DNA of 64,000 nt, taken from an uncultured delta proteobacterium (GTDB taxonomy: Bacteria; Desulfobacterota; WTBG01). Made by a program: the position numbers and the translations under genes. Positions 33,095 through 42,875 of this stretch are shown in pieces. The notes under the pieces were generated by a model. That model was given only the letters and a program-made list of their open reading frames with translations, ran no database searches and was not told the DNA's origin. Position 1 is the first letter of the stretch. Each line of letters opens with the position of its first letter. The DNA lies in assembly GCA_963793865.1 (NCBI GenBank), contig CAWCBP010000004.1:32001-96000 (forward strand), read 5' to 3'.

Positions 33095-34513
33095 ATGTTC
33101 GTTCAACAGTTTTTTGTCAAGGGCATTGCCCACAGCTCATACCTGCTGGGAGGCGCAAAAACCTGCGCCATCGTTGATCCCCGGCGCGACGTGCAGATAT
33201 ACCTCGATGCTGCGCAGGAGATGGGGATGCAGATAACCCACATCCTGGAAACTCACCTGCACGCCGACTTCATTTCAGGTCACATTGACCTCGCCGAAAA
33301 AACCGGTGCCGCTATTTATGCTCCCACATCGGCACAGTGCAGCTTCGACCACGTACCGGTTGCCGAAGGTGACACCTTCAGCATCGAGGACATGAGCATA
33401 ACCGTGCATGACACCCCCGGTCACACCCCGGAGCACATCAGCTATGTGGTCACGGACCATTCCCGGGGCAGGGAGCCGGCAGCCCTCTTCTGCGGCGACA
33501 CACTCTTTGTCGGGGATGTGGGCCGTCCCGACCTTTTCCCGGGCAGGGCACGGGAGCTGGCATCAAAACTCCATGCCAGCCTGCACAAAAAGCTGCTTGT
33601 CCTTCCCGATTTTTGCGAGGTCTATCCCGCGCATGGTGCGGGCTCGCTCTGCGGAAGGGCCATGGGCGCGAAGCGAACCAGCACCATCGGGTATGAACGG
33701 CTCTACAACGCCGCGCTGCAGATAAAAAACGAGGAGGAGTTTATAGCGTCACTCACCACGCACATGCCTGCCGCGCCGGACCATTTCAGCAGGTGCAGCG
33801 CAATCAACGGGAAGGGCCCGTTTCCTGTCAAAGACCTTCCCGAAGCGGTCCCTCTCGCCCCCGCTGCATTCCGGGATAAATTGTCCGGAGATTTGTGCGT
33901 GATTCTGGACACGCGCGCGTTTGAGGCGTTCGGCGGTCTTCATGTTCCCGGATCATTGCATATTGACTTCAGAGGCAACTTTGCCACCTTTGCAGGCTGG
34001 ATCATGCCTCCCGACAAGGATATCCTGCTGGTATCGGAAACGCCGGGGCAGGTTCAGGAGGCAACGATGTGGCTGAGAAGGGTTGGACTGGACAGGACCG
34101 TCGGGTATCTCAAAGGCGGCATGGCTGAATGGACCAAGGCCGGCTTTGCCACTGCGCATCTGCCCCAGCTCTCCGTGGAGGAGTTGCATACCATGACCAC
34201 GGGCAACAGGGCCATGACCCTGGTTGATGTCCGCGCACCGGCTGAATATGCGGGTTACCATGTGGAGAAGGCCATCAACATCCCGGTGCAGGACCTGCGG
34301 ACGCGATACCGGGAACTGGATAAGAATCTTCCCGTTGTGGTGGTGTGCAGCACCGGCATCAGGTCAAGCATCGGGGGGAGCATTCTGAAGATGAAGGGGT
34401 TCTCTGATGTCTTCAGCGTGGCCGGCGGCATGACCGGATACAATGCTGCAGGGTACGCACCCGAATGCCCCGTGTGCGTGATGCCCCATGGTTCTTCGTT
34501 TTTAGGGCGCTAG
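33095..34513 (+). CDS. MBL-fold hydrolase with two rhodanese domains (persulfide dioxygenase-sulfurtransferase, CstB-like)
   Basis: THLHADF, TPGHTPEH, GDTLFVGDVGRPD, PAHGAGS.CG; the last rhodanese domain keeps its active loop CSTGIRS. Confidence 0.88.
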   Translation: MFVQQFFVKGIAHSSYLLGGAKTCAIVDPRRDVQIYLDAAQEMGMQITHILETHLHADFISGHIDLAEKTGAAIYAPTSAQCSFDHVPVAEGDTFSIEDMSITVHDTPGHTPEHISYVVTDHSRGREPAALFCGDTLFVGDVGRPDLFPGRARELASKLHASLHKKLLVLPDFCEVYPAHGAGSLCGRAMGAKRTSTIGYERLYNAALQIKNEEEFIASLTTHMPAAPDHFSRCSAINGKGPFPVKDLPEAVPLAPAAFRDKLSGDLCVILDTRAFEAFGGLHVPGSLHIDFRGNFATFAGWIMPPDKDILLVSETPGQVQEATMWLRRVGLDRTVGYLKGGMAEWTKAGFATAHLPQLSVEELHTMTTGNRAMTLVDVRAPAEYAGYHVEKAINIPVQDLRTRYRELDKNLPVVVVCSTGIRSSIGGSILKMKGFSDVFSVAGGMTGYNAAGYAPECPVCVMPHGSSFLGR

Positions 34514-34538
34514 ATTATTTCGCGGCCGGAGGCCGCTC

Positions 34539-35897
34539 CTACCAATCCAGCTTCACCGACGGGTAGCGGGAAAGCTTTTCTTTGACCAGCTCTTTGATCT
34601 CCTCCATTCTCCCCCGGGTTTTGGCCTCGAAGCGCAACACCAGGATGGGCTGGGTGTTTGAGGCCCTGATCAACGCCCAGCCGTCCTCAAAGCGTATGCG
34701 GATGCCGTCAATGTCGATCGTTTGATACTGCCGGCCGAACTGTTTGACGAGGTCTTTGACGATGCCGAACTTTTCCTCCTCCGTGCACTCGGCCCTGATT
34801 TCAGGGGTCGACCAGTAAAAAGGAAGGGCGCGGACCAGCGCGCTCAGCGGCCGCTCCGCGTTTGAGAGCAGCTGCAGCAGGCGGCAGGACGCGAATATCC
34901 CGTCATCAAAACCGAAATAGTCATCCATGAAATAAAAGTGGCCGCTCATCTCTCCGCCCACCGGCGCGTGAACCTCTTTCATCTTGGCCTGGATGTTGGG
35001 ATAGCCGGTCTTCCACATCACCGGGGTTCCCCCGGCCCGGGTAATAGTCTCTATCAGCGCCTCGGAACATTTGACATCAAAGACCACCGGCGCCGGATTA
35101 CGCGCCAACACCTCAGCGGCGAAAAGAGAGAGGAGCTGGTCCCCGCGCACAATCGCCCCCTGCTCATCAACCGCCCCCAGCCGGTCCGCGTCTCCATCGT
35201 AGGCGACTCCCGCGTCCGCCCCCGCCTCCCGTACCCGCGCGCTCAGCTCAGCCACGTTTTCATCCACCGTGGGATCAGGCAGATGGTGAGGAAAGGCGCC
35301 ATCAGGCTCGCAGTACAGTTCGACCAGGTCACAGCCCAGCTCCTTGAGCAGGCGCGCCGCCAGCGGTCCCGCCGTTCCGTTTCCCGCGTCGGCCACCACC
35401 TTCAGACGGCGCTTCAGGCGTATTCTCGCCTTGATGGCAGCGAGGTACTCATCGACAATCCCCCGCGCCTCGCTGCTTCCTGTGCCGGCCGCATACCTTC
35501 CGGACTCAATAATCGATGCTATCTTTTGAATTTCCTCCCCGAACACCGCCGTTTCCCCCAGGCGCATTTTAAAGCCGTTATACCGGGGGGGGTTGTGGCT
35601 CGCGGTGACCATGATGCCGCCATCGGCTTTGTAATGCATCACCGAAAAGTAAAAGGCGGGCGTGGGAAGCTGGCCGACATCATAGACCCGGCACCCGGTT
35701 GAGAGCAGGCCTTCCATTACTGCACCCTGCAGCTCGCGTGAGCTCAGCCGGTTATCCCTGCCAAGCGCAACCGAGTGTCCGCCCCTCTCTTTGAGGTAGG
35801 TGCCGAATCCCCTGCCGATGCGCACGGCATCTTCACCGGTGAGGGTTTCACCCACCTCACCCCTGATATCGTATTCCCTGAAGATCTCCCTATCCAC
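34539..35897 (-). CDS. Phosphomannomutase/phosphoglucomutase (AlgC-like)
   Basis: IFREYDIRG, TASHNP, DGDADR, GEMSGH, RASNTQP; GTG 35897 with GAGGAGG RBS. Confidence 0.95.
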   Translation of the reverse strand: MDREIFREYDIRGEVGETLTGEDAVRIGRGFGTYLKERGGHSVALGRDNRLSSRELQGAVMEGLLSTGCRVYDVGQLPTPAFYFSVMHYKADGGIMVTASHNPPRYNGFKMRLGETAVFGEEIQKIASIIESGRYAAGTGSSEARGIVDEYLAAIKARIRLKRRLKVVADAGNGTAGPLAARLLKELGCDLVELYCEPDGAFPHHLPDPTVDENVAELSARVREAGADAGVAYDGDADRLGAVDEQGAIVRGDQLLSLFAAEVLARNPAPVVFDVKCSEALIETITRAGGTPVMWKTGYPNIQAKMKEVHAPVGGEMSGHFYFMDDYFGFDDGIFASCRLLQLLSNAERPLSALVRALPFYWSTPEIRAECTEEEKFGIVKDLVKQFGRQYQTIDIDGIRIRFEDGWALIRASNTQPILVLRFEAKTRGRMEEIKELVKEKLSRYPSVKLDW

Positions 35898-35934
35898 GCC
35901 AGTCCTCCTCGTTATTGCCGGATTAATTTTCTCC

Positions 35935-38099
35935 TTACTGCTTTTCCCCGTCTCCCTTCGACAGCTCGGCAAAGTAAGAGCGCACTGCCTGGTACACAGC
36001 CTGAGCCTCTTTCCATGACTTTACATCCTCATCCCCGGGCACTTTTTTACACCTCCGCTCTCCGAAGCTCACCGCCACCGCGGGCATGCCGGTATGCACA
36101 ATGAGAAAATCAGTGCTTTCACCCAGGGACACACGGCTGCAGGAAAACCCGTCGGAGATCTCCTTCCTGAGCAAACCGGCAAGCAGCTTTCCTTTACTGC
36201 TGTTGTAATAGTAGGCTATCCCGGACCGTTTCGCGTGGTCAAGGGAAATGACCAGGTCAGCAGACACCTCCTCTGATTGTAAAACCTTCTCCGCGGCCCC
36301 GGGTGAAGTTTCATCCCTTCGGGTCAGCACGACACCGGCGCCGGCAAACCTGAGCAGCTCTCCTATGTGAAGCGCCAGCTTGAGATTGTCGGCGAACCGC
36401 TGCCGGTCGCGGGAATCGCCGATCACGGGCTCTTCATTTGCCCCGCGGGGATCGAGCATGATGACCTTTCCCCGGAGCAGCCCCCCATCCACCGGCCGGA
36501 GCGTCACCTCCTCTTTCTGAACCAGCCCCGCTCCTCCCCCCTTGAGCATACCCATGACCGGCCGGTAACCATCCCGCTGAACGGTAAAGGGAATGCCGGC
36601 GGCATCAGACTGAAACAAGCAGTACCCAAGGCGATCGGTTTCGCAATATCGCTCCTTCCCCCATGCCACTTGGGCATGCTCGACCGGACTGCCCGCGGGA
36701 TCGTGAATATATATCTCTGCCTGACCCCACGCCGGTGAAGCAAACCTCCCCTGATACGAAGCTGACACGGTTCCGCACGCCGCCGTCACCAGCACGCTGC
36801 CCGGATGAACATCCGCCTCGAAATGGGTAACTGCCACTCCCTCCCGGGTCGGCACCACCGTCTCCACCAGCCTGCCCGCTGAAACAGACAAGCTGACCGG
36901 CGTGCCGTCAGCCACCGGGTTGCGGTTGTCATCCAGAACCAGCGCCGTTACCCTGCACCGTGAGCTGCCGTCAGGAGGAATGATTTCAGGGAAAATGCCG
37001 CCTTCTATGCTTGCGGGCGGACGCGACATGGTAAACTCCGCTCTGCCGGGCCGGGCGCTGTTCCCCCCAGATTCCGTGCCTCCAATCTGATGGAATGTGT
37101 GCCGCCGGCAAGAGGCTTCTCCGGCACATAACGCACCAGACCTGCCTCCGCCTCATAGCGGTGGCTGACCGGCTTCCCGTCAAGGTACAGCTTGATGGAT
37201 GAGATATCGATGCCTGTCCCGTGCTTATCATCAGCGACCCCGGCAACCACCTCGGGCCTCGCGTCTTCAACCACAACCCCCGAAGGTGAAATGCCGCTCA
37301 CGGAGGGAATGCCCCGCGCGCAGTAGTCACGTATACCCGCGAAATATGCCTCGGCTTCCATTTTGAGATAGCCGTGGAGGTGGAGCCTTTTCTCGTTTTC
37401 CCGGTGGGTGAGATAGGATGCCTCACCCAGAATTGCCGTGCATTCGGTTTTTCTCAGCACGCTGAAATTTCCGGGAAGCACCCGGGCATTCGGCGCGTTA
37501 AGGCCCTCTCTCATGCGCTCCATGACGCAGGTTGCCAGCTCTCTCGAGGGGTCAGCCGGGGAAAGCTGATAGAAAATGGCGAGGTCATTTTTTCGCTGGT
37601 CATGAATATTGGAATTGTGATGGATGCTGATAAAAAGGTCGGCGGCGTTGCTGCCGATCCTGCTTCTGGCCAGCAGGTCATCAGGTAAACCTTTGGACGT
37701 GCCGCGGGCAACCGCCGTGTCGGCAGTGCGCGTCATAACCGGATGAGCCCCGGCGTTATAAAGCATGCCCCAGAGGTAGAGGGCCACACCCAGATTTACC
37801 TCCGATTCCTTCATCCCCAGTGTTCCCACCGCTCCCCCGAACTGACCCCCGTGCCCCGGGTCTATGACAATGACCTTATCCCTCAAGGCGGCGGTATCGA
37901 GTTCTGCCGCCTGGAAGGGGGAGGGCGGTATCTCCGGCAGCGAGGTGCAGGACGAGATAAGCATCAGGAACACCGCGGCCAGGAACAAATCTATCAGGAG
38001 ATTTATCCGCCCGATGCGTTTTGATCTCCTGTTGCTGCCCGGTGCGTGCCTTTTACAATGCGCCATTGTCGCTAAGGGAATGGGCACAATCCTGCTCAC
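35935..38099 (-). CDS. N-acetylmuramoyl-L-alanine amidase lipoprotein (Amidase_3 + Ig-like + degenerate second amidase), split by a frameshift at about 37063-37068
   Basis: DPGHGG, E, SIHHN, GEASY in ORF 37005-38099. Adding one G to the G6 run joins it to 35935-37029 (…NLGGNSARPGRAEFTMSRPP). Confidence 0.8.
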
Positions 38100-38202
38100 A
38101 GTTTTTCCACGGGTAAGGTGACTCCAGCCTGCATGATCATATCACAAAAGCCCTGACCGGGGCATCCGGAATGTTGACCGCAGCGCCGTATATATAATAA
38201 GG

Positions 38203-38231
38203 TTGCAATTATCCTGGTTATTAGCTATAGT
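38203..38231 (+). promoter_or_regulatory. Putative sigma70 promoter of the ntrY operon
   Basis: TTGCAA-N17-TATAGT. Confidence 0.45.
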
Positions 38232-38318
38232 AACAGCCGGGTAGCATTGTATAAACTCCAGTTAAAACGAGCACTTGTTGATAACCCCCGCACAGGATAT
38301 GTAGAGGAGTTCCATCTT

Positions 38319-40562
38319 GTGAAATTTCCTGAATTTCATAAGCCGAAGGCATCGTCGATACTGCAGGAAAAAACCCGGCGCAAGCGGGAATTATTCATTA
38401 TCATTGCCGTCGTGCTCTCCATTGTCGTCCTCACCCTCTTGCAGGCATCCATTACCGCTTCCGAAAGCCAGCTGCCCACGACCAAAAACATCCTCATTTA
38501 CGGTCTCATCAATATTAATATAACCCTCCTGCTGCTGCTCATTTTTCTGGTGGTGCGCAATGTCGTCAAGCTTGTCTTCGAGCGCAGGCGGGGCATCCTC
38601 GGCGCAAAGCTGCGGACCCGGTTAATAGCGGCATTTGTCGGCCTGTCCATCGTTCCCTCCGTCCTCCTCTTCTGGGTCGCCGCGGAATTTATAACCGCCA
38701 CCGTAGAAAGGTGGTTCAGCTCCCAGGTGGAATACTCCCTGTCGCAATCACTCGAGGTCGCCGAGGTATATTACCAGAATACCACTGATAACGCCATGCA
38801 CTATGCCCGGCAAATCAGCAGGATCATTACCAGGGACAGGCTTTTAAGCGAGGCCAATCTCAAGCAGCTCCAGGATTTCATCAATCAGAAGCAGGAAGAA
38901 TACAACCTCGGGGTGGTTGAGGTCTTCTCCTCAACCCTGGAGGAACTGGTAAAGTCCATGAATCCCGGCGTGCCGGTAAAGGGCTTTGTCGGTTCCGATT
39001 CAGCGCTTGTGCAAAAAGGTTTGGAGGGAAAGGAGATTACCAAAATCCAGCCGGCAGGTTCAGGTGATCTCATCAGGGGAGTGGCGCCCATCTACTCCAG
39101 CTGGAAAAAGGACGAGGTGGTCGGGACGCTGGTGGTCAACTACTATGTACCCAAAAGTCTCGTTTCCAAGATGTCCACCATTTCCTACGCCTTCAGGGAG
39201 TACAAGCAGCAGGAGCTGCTGAAGAATCCCATAAAAACGGCGAACCTGATGATTCTGGCCATTGTCACCCTGCTGATTATCTTCTCCGCCACCTGGTTCG
39301 GCTTTTTTCTTTCCAAGGGACTTACGGGACCTATCCAGCAGCTGGCTGAGGCGACCAACCGCATCACCCAGGGTGACCTGGATTTCACCATAGAAACGGG
39401 CACTGATGATGAAATGGGAAGCCTGGTTACCTCCTTTAACAAGATGACCGCGGACCTGAAAGCGAGCAAAATCAAAATTGAACAGGCCACCCATGATCTG
39501 CAGGAAAGCAATCTGGAACTGGAGCGCCGGCGGCGGTACACGGAAACCATCCTTACCAACGTCGCGGCAGGAGTGGTCGCCATCGACGAAAGGGGCCTCA
39601 TAACCAGCATAAACAAATCCGCTGAAAATCTCCTCAGGACCACTGCCGGGGTGTCCCTCTCCAAACCCTACGAAGAGGCATTTGCCCAGGAGCAGGTTCA
39701 GGCTGTGCGGCAGCTGGTCAGGGACATACTCTCCTCGGGGAGGAACTCCTTCGACCAGCAGATCAGGCTCAACTTTCCCGACGACAGCATCGAGCTGCTG
39801 GTAAGCGGAACCATGCTGCACGATGACCAGGAAAACTATCTGGGACTGGTTCTGGTGTTCGAAGACATAACCCACATCCAGAAGGCGCAGCGGGCGGCGG
39901 CATGGCGGGAGGTGGCGCGCAGAATTGCCCATGAAATCAAAAATCCCCTGACCCCCATTCAGCTCTCCGCGCAGCGCCTGAGGAAAAAGTACATGGACCG
40001 GTTCGAGGCCGACGGGAAAATCTTCGATGAATGCACCCGGATCATCATTGACCAGACGGAAGAGATCAAAAACCTGGTCAGCGAATTTTCAAACTTTGCC
40101 CGGATGCCCGCGACCACGCCGCAGCCCAACGATCTCACCGAGGTAATCAATGAGGCAGTCGCCCTTTTTACCGCCTCGCTGAAAGACATATCCATAACGG
40201 TGATAGAAAAGAGCAAGCCGCCCGTCTTCAGCCTCGACAAGGACCAGATGAAGCGGGCGATCATAAACATCATCGACAATGCCATTGATGCCATGAGCGG
40301 CAAGGGAAGCATCGTCATTGAAATATCCCATGACCAGATATTCAACATTGCCCGGATCGAGATAGCCGACACCGGCTGCGGCATACCCCACGGCACGCGG
40401 GAAAAGCTCTTCGAGCCCTACTTTTCCACCAAAAAGTCAAATATGGGCCTCGGCCTGTCAATCGTGAGCACCATCATTTCCGATCACAACGGCTACATCA
40501 GGGTCAGGGACAATGATCCCCGGGGAACCAAATTTATTATCGAGCTGCCGGTCAGGATGTAA
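38319..40562 (+). CDS. ntrY: NtrY-like sensor histidine kinase (TM-periplasmic-HAMP-PAS-HisKA-HATPase)
   Basis: GAKLRTRL, WFS..VE..L, AAWREVARRIAHEIKNPLTPIQLSA, N/G1/F/G2 boxes; GTG 38319 with GAGGAG RBS. Confidence 0.92.
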   Translation: MKFPEFHKPKASSILQEKTRRKRELFIIIAVVLSIVVLTLLQASITASESQLPTTKNILIYGLININITLLLLLIFLVVRNVVKLVFERRRGILGAKLRTRLIAAFVGLSIVPSVLLFWVAAEFITATVERWFSSQVEYSLSQSLEVAEVYYQNTTDNAMHYARQISRIITRDRLLSEANLKQLQDFINQKQEEYNLGVVEVFSSTLEELVKSMNPGVPVKGFVGSDSALVQKGLEGKEITKIQPAGSGDLIRGVAPIYSSWKKDEVVGTLVVNYYVPKSLVSKMSTISYAFREYKQQELLKNPIKTANLMILAIVTLLIIFSATWFGFFLSKGLTGPIQQLAEATNRITQGDLDFTIETGTDDEMGSLVTSFNKMTADLKASKIKIEQATHDLQESNLELERRRRYTETILTNVAAGVVAIDERGLITSINKSAENLLRTTAGVSLSKPYEEAFAQEQVQAVRQLVRDILSSGRNSFDQQIRLNFPDDSIELLVSGTMLHDDQENYLGLVLVFEDITHIQKAQRAAAWREVARRIAHEIKNPLTPIQLSAQRLRKKYMDRFEADGKIFDECTRIIIDQTEEIKNLVSEFSNFARMPATTPQPNDLTEVINEAVALFTASLKDISITVIEKSKPPVFSLDKDQMKRAIINIIDNAIDAMSGKGSIVIEISHDQIFNIARIEIADTGCGIPHGTREKLFEPYFSTKKSNMGLGLSIVSTIISDHNGYIRVRDNDPRGTKFIIELPVRM

Positions 40563-40571
40563 GGAGAGGTA

Positions 40572-42785
40572 ATGAAACGAGTGAAGCTGCTGATTGTCGA
40601 TGACGAAGAAAAGATCCTTCAAACCATGAAGGGAAGCCTGGAAGATGAGGATTATGAAGTGCTCACCGCCAAGGACGGGCAGGAGGCCATGGAGAAAGTC
40701 CGCTCGGAAAATCCCGAACTGGTTTTTCTTGACATCTGGCTCCCGGGGATGGACGGCATGGAAACCCTCAAGGCCATCAAGGAATATGACCAGAACCTCG
40801 ACGTGGTGATCATGACCGGACACGGGACCATGAATACCGCCATCCAGGCCATCAAGCTCGGTGCCTTTGACTTTCTGGAAAAACCACTTTCCCTGGACTC
40901 CATCTTCTCCGTCATTCACAGCGCCCTGGAACAAAAAAGGGGCAGGGCCGAGGAGGCGGAGCCGGCGATTGAGGAGCCGGACGATTTCATCGGTGAAAGC
41001 CTTTCCATCATGCAGATCAAGAAGGAGATAAAGAAGCTTGCCAAAACCGGGAAAAACCTCTTCATCACCGGGGAGAGCGGAACGGGAAAGGAGTTTGCGG
41101 CCCGGCTCATTCACCACGAGAGCCCGCGGAGAAAAAACCCCTTTATCAAATTCAGCTGCACCATCTATTCCCCCGAAGAAATGAGCCACAATCTTTTCGG
41201 GACGGCGGCGCATGCATCCAGGAAAAACCTGGTTCGAAAAGCCGGCGAGCTGGAGCGGGCGGCAAAGGGGACCCTGTTTCTGGACACCATCGAGGAAATG
41301 CCTCTTTCCATCCAGGAAGAGTTGGCGGAGGCGCTCAAGAAGAAAAAAAACAAGGGGGGCGGCAAACAGGACAAGGCAAATGAGCCGAGAATCCTGGCAT
41401 CGTCGAATGACGATCCGGCCTTAATGGTCAAAGAGGGCAAGTTGAACCAGGAGCTTTACGGGCTGCTGGCGGAGGGCACCATCATGCTGCCTCCCCTGCG
41501 GGAGCGAAAGGATGATATCCTGAAGATCTTTACCTTCTTCATGGAGGGATTCTCGCAGAAACACGGCCGGAAGATAAAAGAGCTGGATGAAGACGCGCAG
41601 GAAGCGCTGATGAACTACCACTGGCCGGGCAACAGCAAGGAGCTCAAAAATTTTGCCGAGCGGCTGGTAACATCCGTGGTGACCACCGCCAAAATCGGCC
41701 TGGAAAGCCTGCCCCTTTCCATGCGGGGAGAGCTCGCCGCTTCAAAAACGCGCGCCTTCGACAAATACACTTCCATGAAGGAGGCGGAAAATGCCTGGAA
41801 AAAGGAGTTTCTCATCTTCCACCTGAAGAAGCACAACGTCGACATTCCCGCAACCGCGCGGAGCCTCGGCATGCGCCAGGACACGCTGAGGCGCCATATA
41901 GACACCTTCGGCATCAAGCTGATGCCCGGCAAAAAAACCGCGGCGGGTCCCCGCCAGAGAACGCTCAAGAAAAGCGTGGTCTTAAGCGGTGAGGGGCTTC
42001 ATTCAGGGATGAAATCGGGGCTGATACTGTCTCCCCTTCCGCCCAACAGCGGGATCGTGTTCGGCAACATCACTACCAGCGATACCGTGCCCGCCCACCT
42101 TGACTTCGTGGAATCCACCGACTACGCCACCTCCCTGAAGAGCGGGCAGGCGTATGCCCGGACCATCGAACACTTCATGGCGGTGCTCCATGCCTACCAC
42201 ATCAGCAACCTTCAGGTCAAAATCAGCGGCGAAATCCCCATCATGGACGGCTCGGCGCTTGAATTCTGCCAGCTTATCGAGGAGGCGGGCATCGATGAGC
42301 AGGACGCCCCCCTCGAGGAAATCGTCATCGAGGAGAAATATGTGGTCGGCGACCCCTCGCCGGACTCCAAGTACATTTCCATAGAGCCGCACCCCTCCTT
42401 CACCGTCAAATACCTGCTCAACTACCCCAGCCCGGTGGGCAAACAGGAATTCTCCTTCACCTTAAAGGACGCTCAATCCTTTAAGGACCTCATCGCACCG
42501 GCACGCACCTTCGGCTTCCTCAAGGATATTGGTGAGCTGCAGAAGCGGGGTTTGGCCAGCGGGGGAAAGCTGCTCAACTGTATTCTCATCGATGATGAAA
42601 AGGTGGTGAACACTGAGCTGCGCTTCCCGGAAGAGTTTGCCCGCCACAAAATCCTTGATCTCATGGGCGACTTTTACCTGCTGGGCAAACCCATACGCGG
42701 CCTGGTGACCGCCCAGATGACCGGCCACACGGACAACAGCGAGCTCTTAAAAAAGATACGTGACAGCCTCGGCGCCTTCTGGTAA
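40572..42785 (+). CDS. lpxC: Fusion: NtrX-like response regulator (REC-degenerate AAA+-HTH) + UDP-3-O-acyl-N-acetylglucosamine deacetylase LpxC
   Basis: REC: VDDE, LDIWLPGMDG, TGH, EKP. Walker A GESGTGKE. From residue 462 (41955): QRTL...GEGLHSG, TIEH, EIPIMDGSA, ARTFGF, RHKILDLMGD, GH. Confidence 0.92.
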   Translation: MKRVKLLIVDDEEKILQTMKGSLEDEDYEVLTAKDGQEAMEKVRSENPELVFLDIWLPGMDGMETLKAIKEYDQNLDVVIMTGHGTMNTAIQAIKLGAFDFLEKPLSLDSIFSVIHSALEQKRGRAEEAEPAIEEPDDFIGESLSIMQIKKEIKKLAKTGKNLFITGESGTGKEFAARLIHHESPRRKNPFIKFSCTIYSPEEMSHNLFGTAAHASRKNLVRKAGELERAAKGTLFLDTIEEMPLSIQEELAEALKKKKNKGGGKQDKANEPRILASSNDDPALMVKEGKLNQELYGLLAEGTIMLPPLRERKDDILKIFTFFMEGFSQKHGRKIKELDEDAQEALMNYHWPGNSKELKNFAERLVTSVVTTAKIGLESLPLSMRGELAASKTRAFDKYTSMKEAENAWKKEFLIFHLKKHNVDIPATARSLGMRQDTLRRHIDTFGIKLMPGKKTAAGPRQRTLKKSVVLSGEGLHSGMKSGLILSPLPPNSGIVFGNITTSDTVPAHLDFVESTDYATSLKSGQAYARTIEHFMAVLHAYHISNLQVKISGEIPIMDGSALEFCQLIEEAGIDEQDAPLEEIVIEEKYVVGDPSPDSKYISIEPHPSFTVKYLLNYPSPVGKQEFSFTLKDAQSFKDLIAPARTFGFLKDIGELQKRGLASGGKLLNCILIDDEKVVNTELRFPEEFARHKILDLMGDFYLLGKPIRGLVTAQMTGHTDNSELLKKIRDSLGAFW

Positions 42786-42875
42786 AAGGGTGCGGGGCGG
42801 TTCACAATGATACCGATCCTTGAAGGGCGGCCTTCAAGGATTTTCCATGCCACAACGATGCGGACAGGAGGAACC

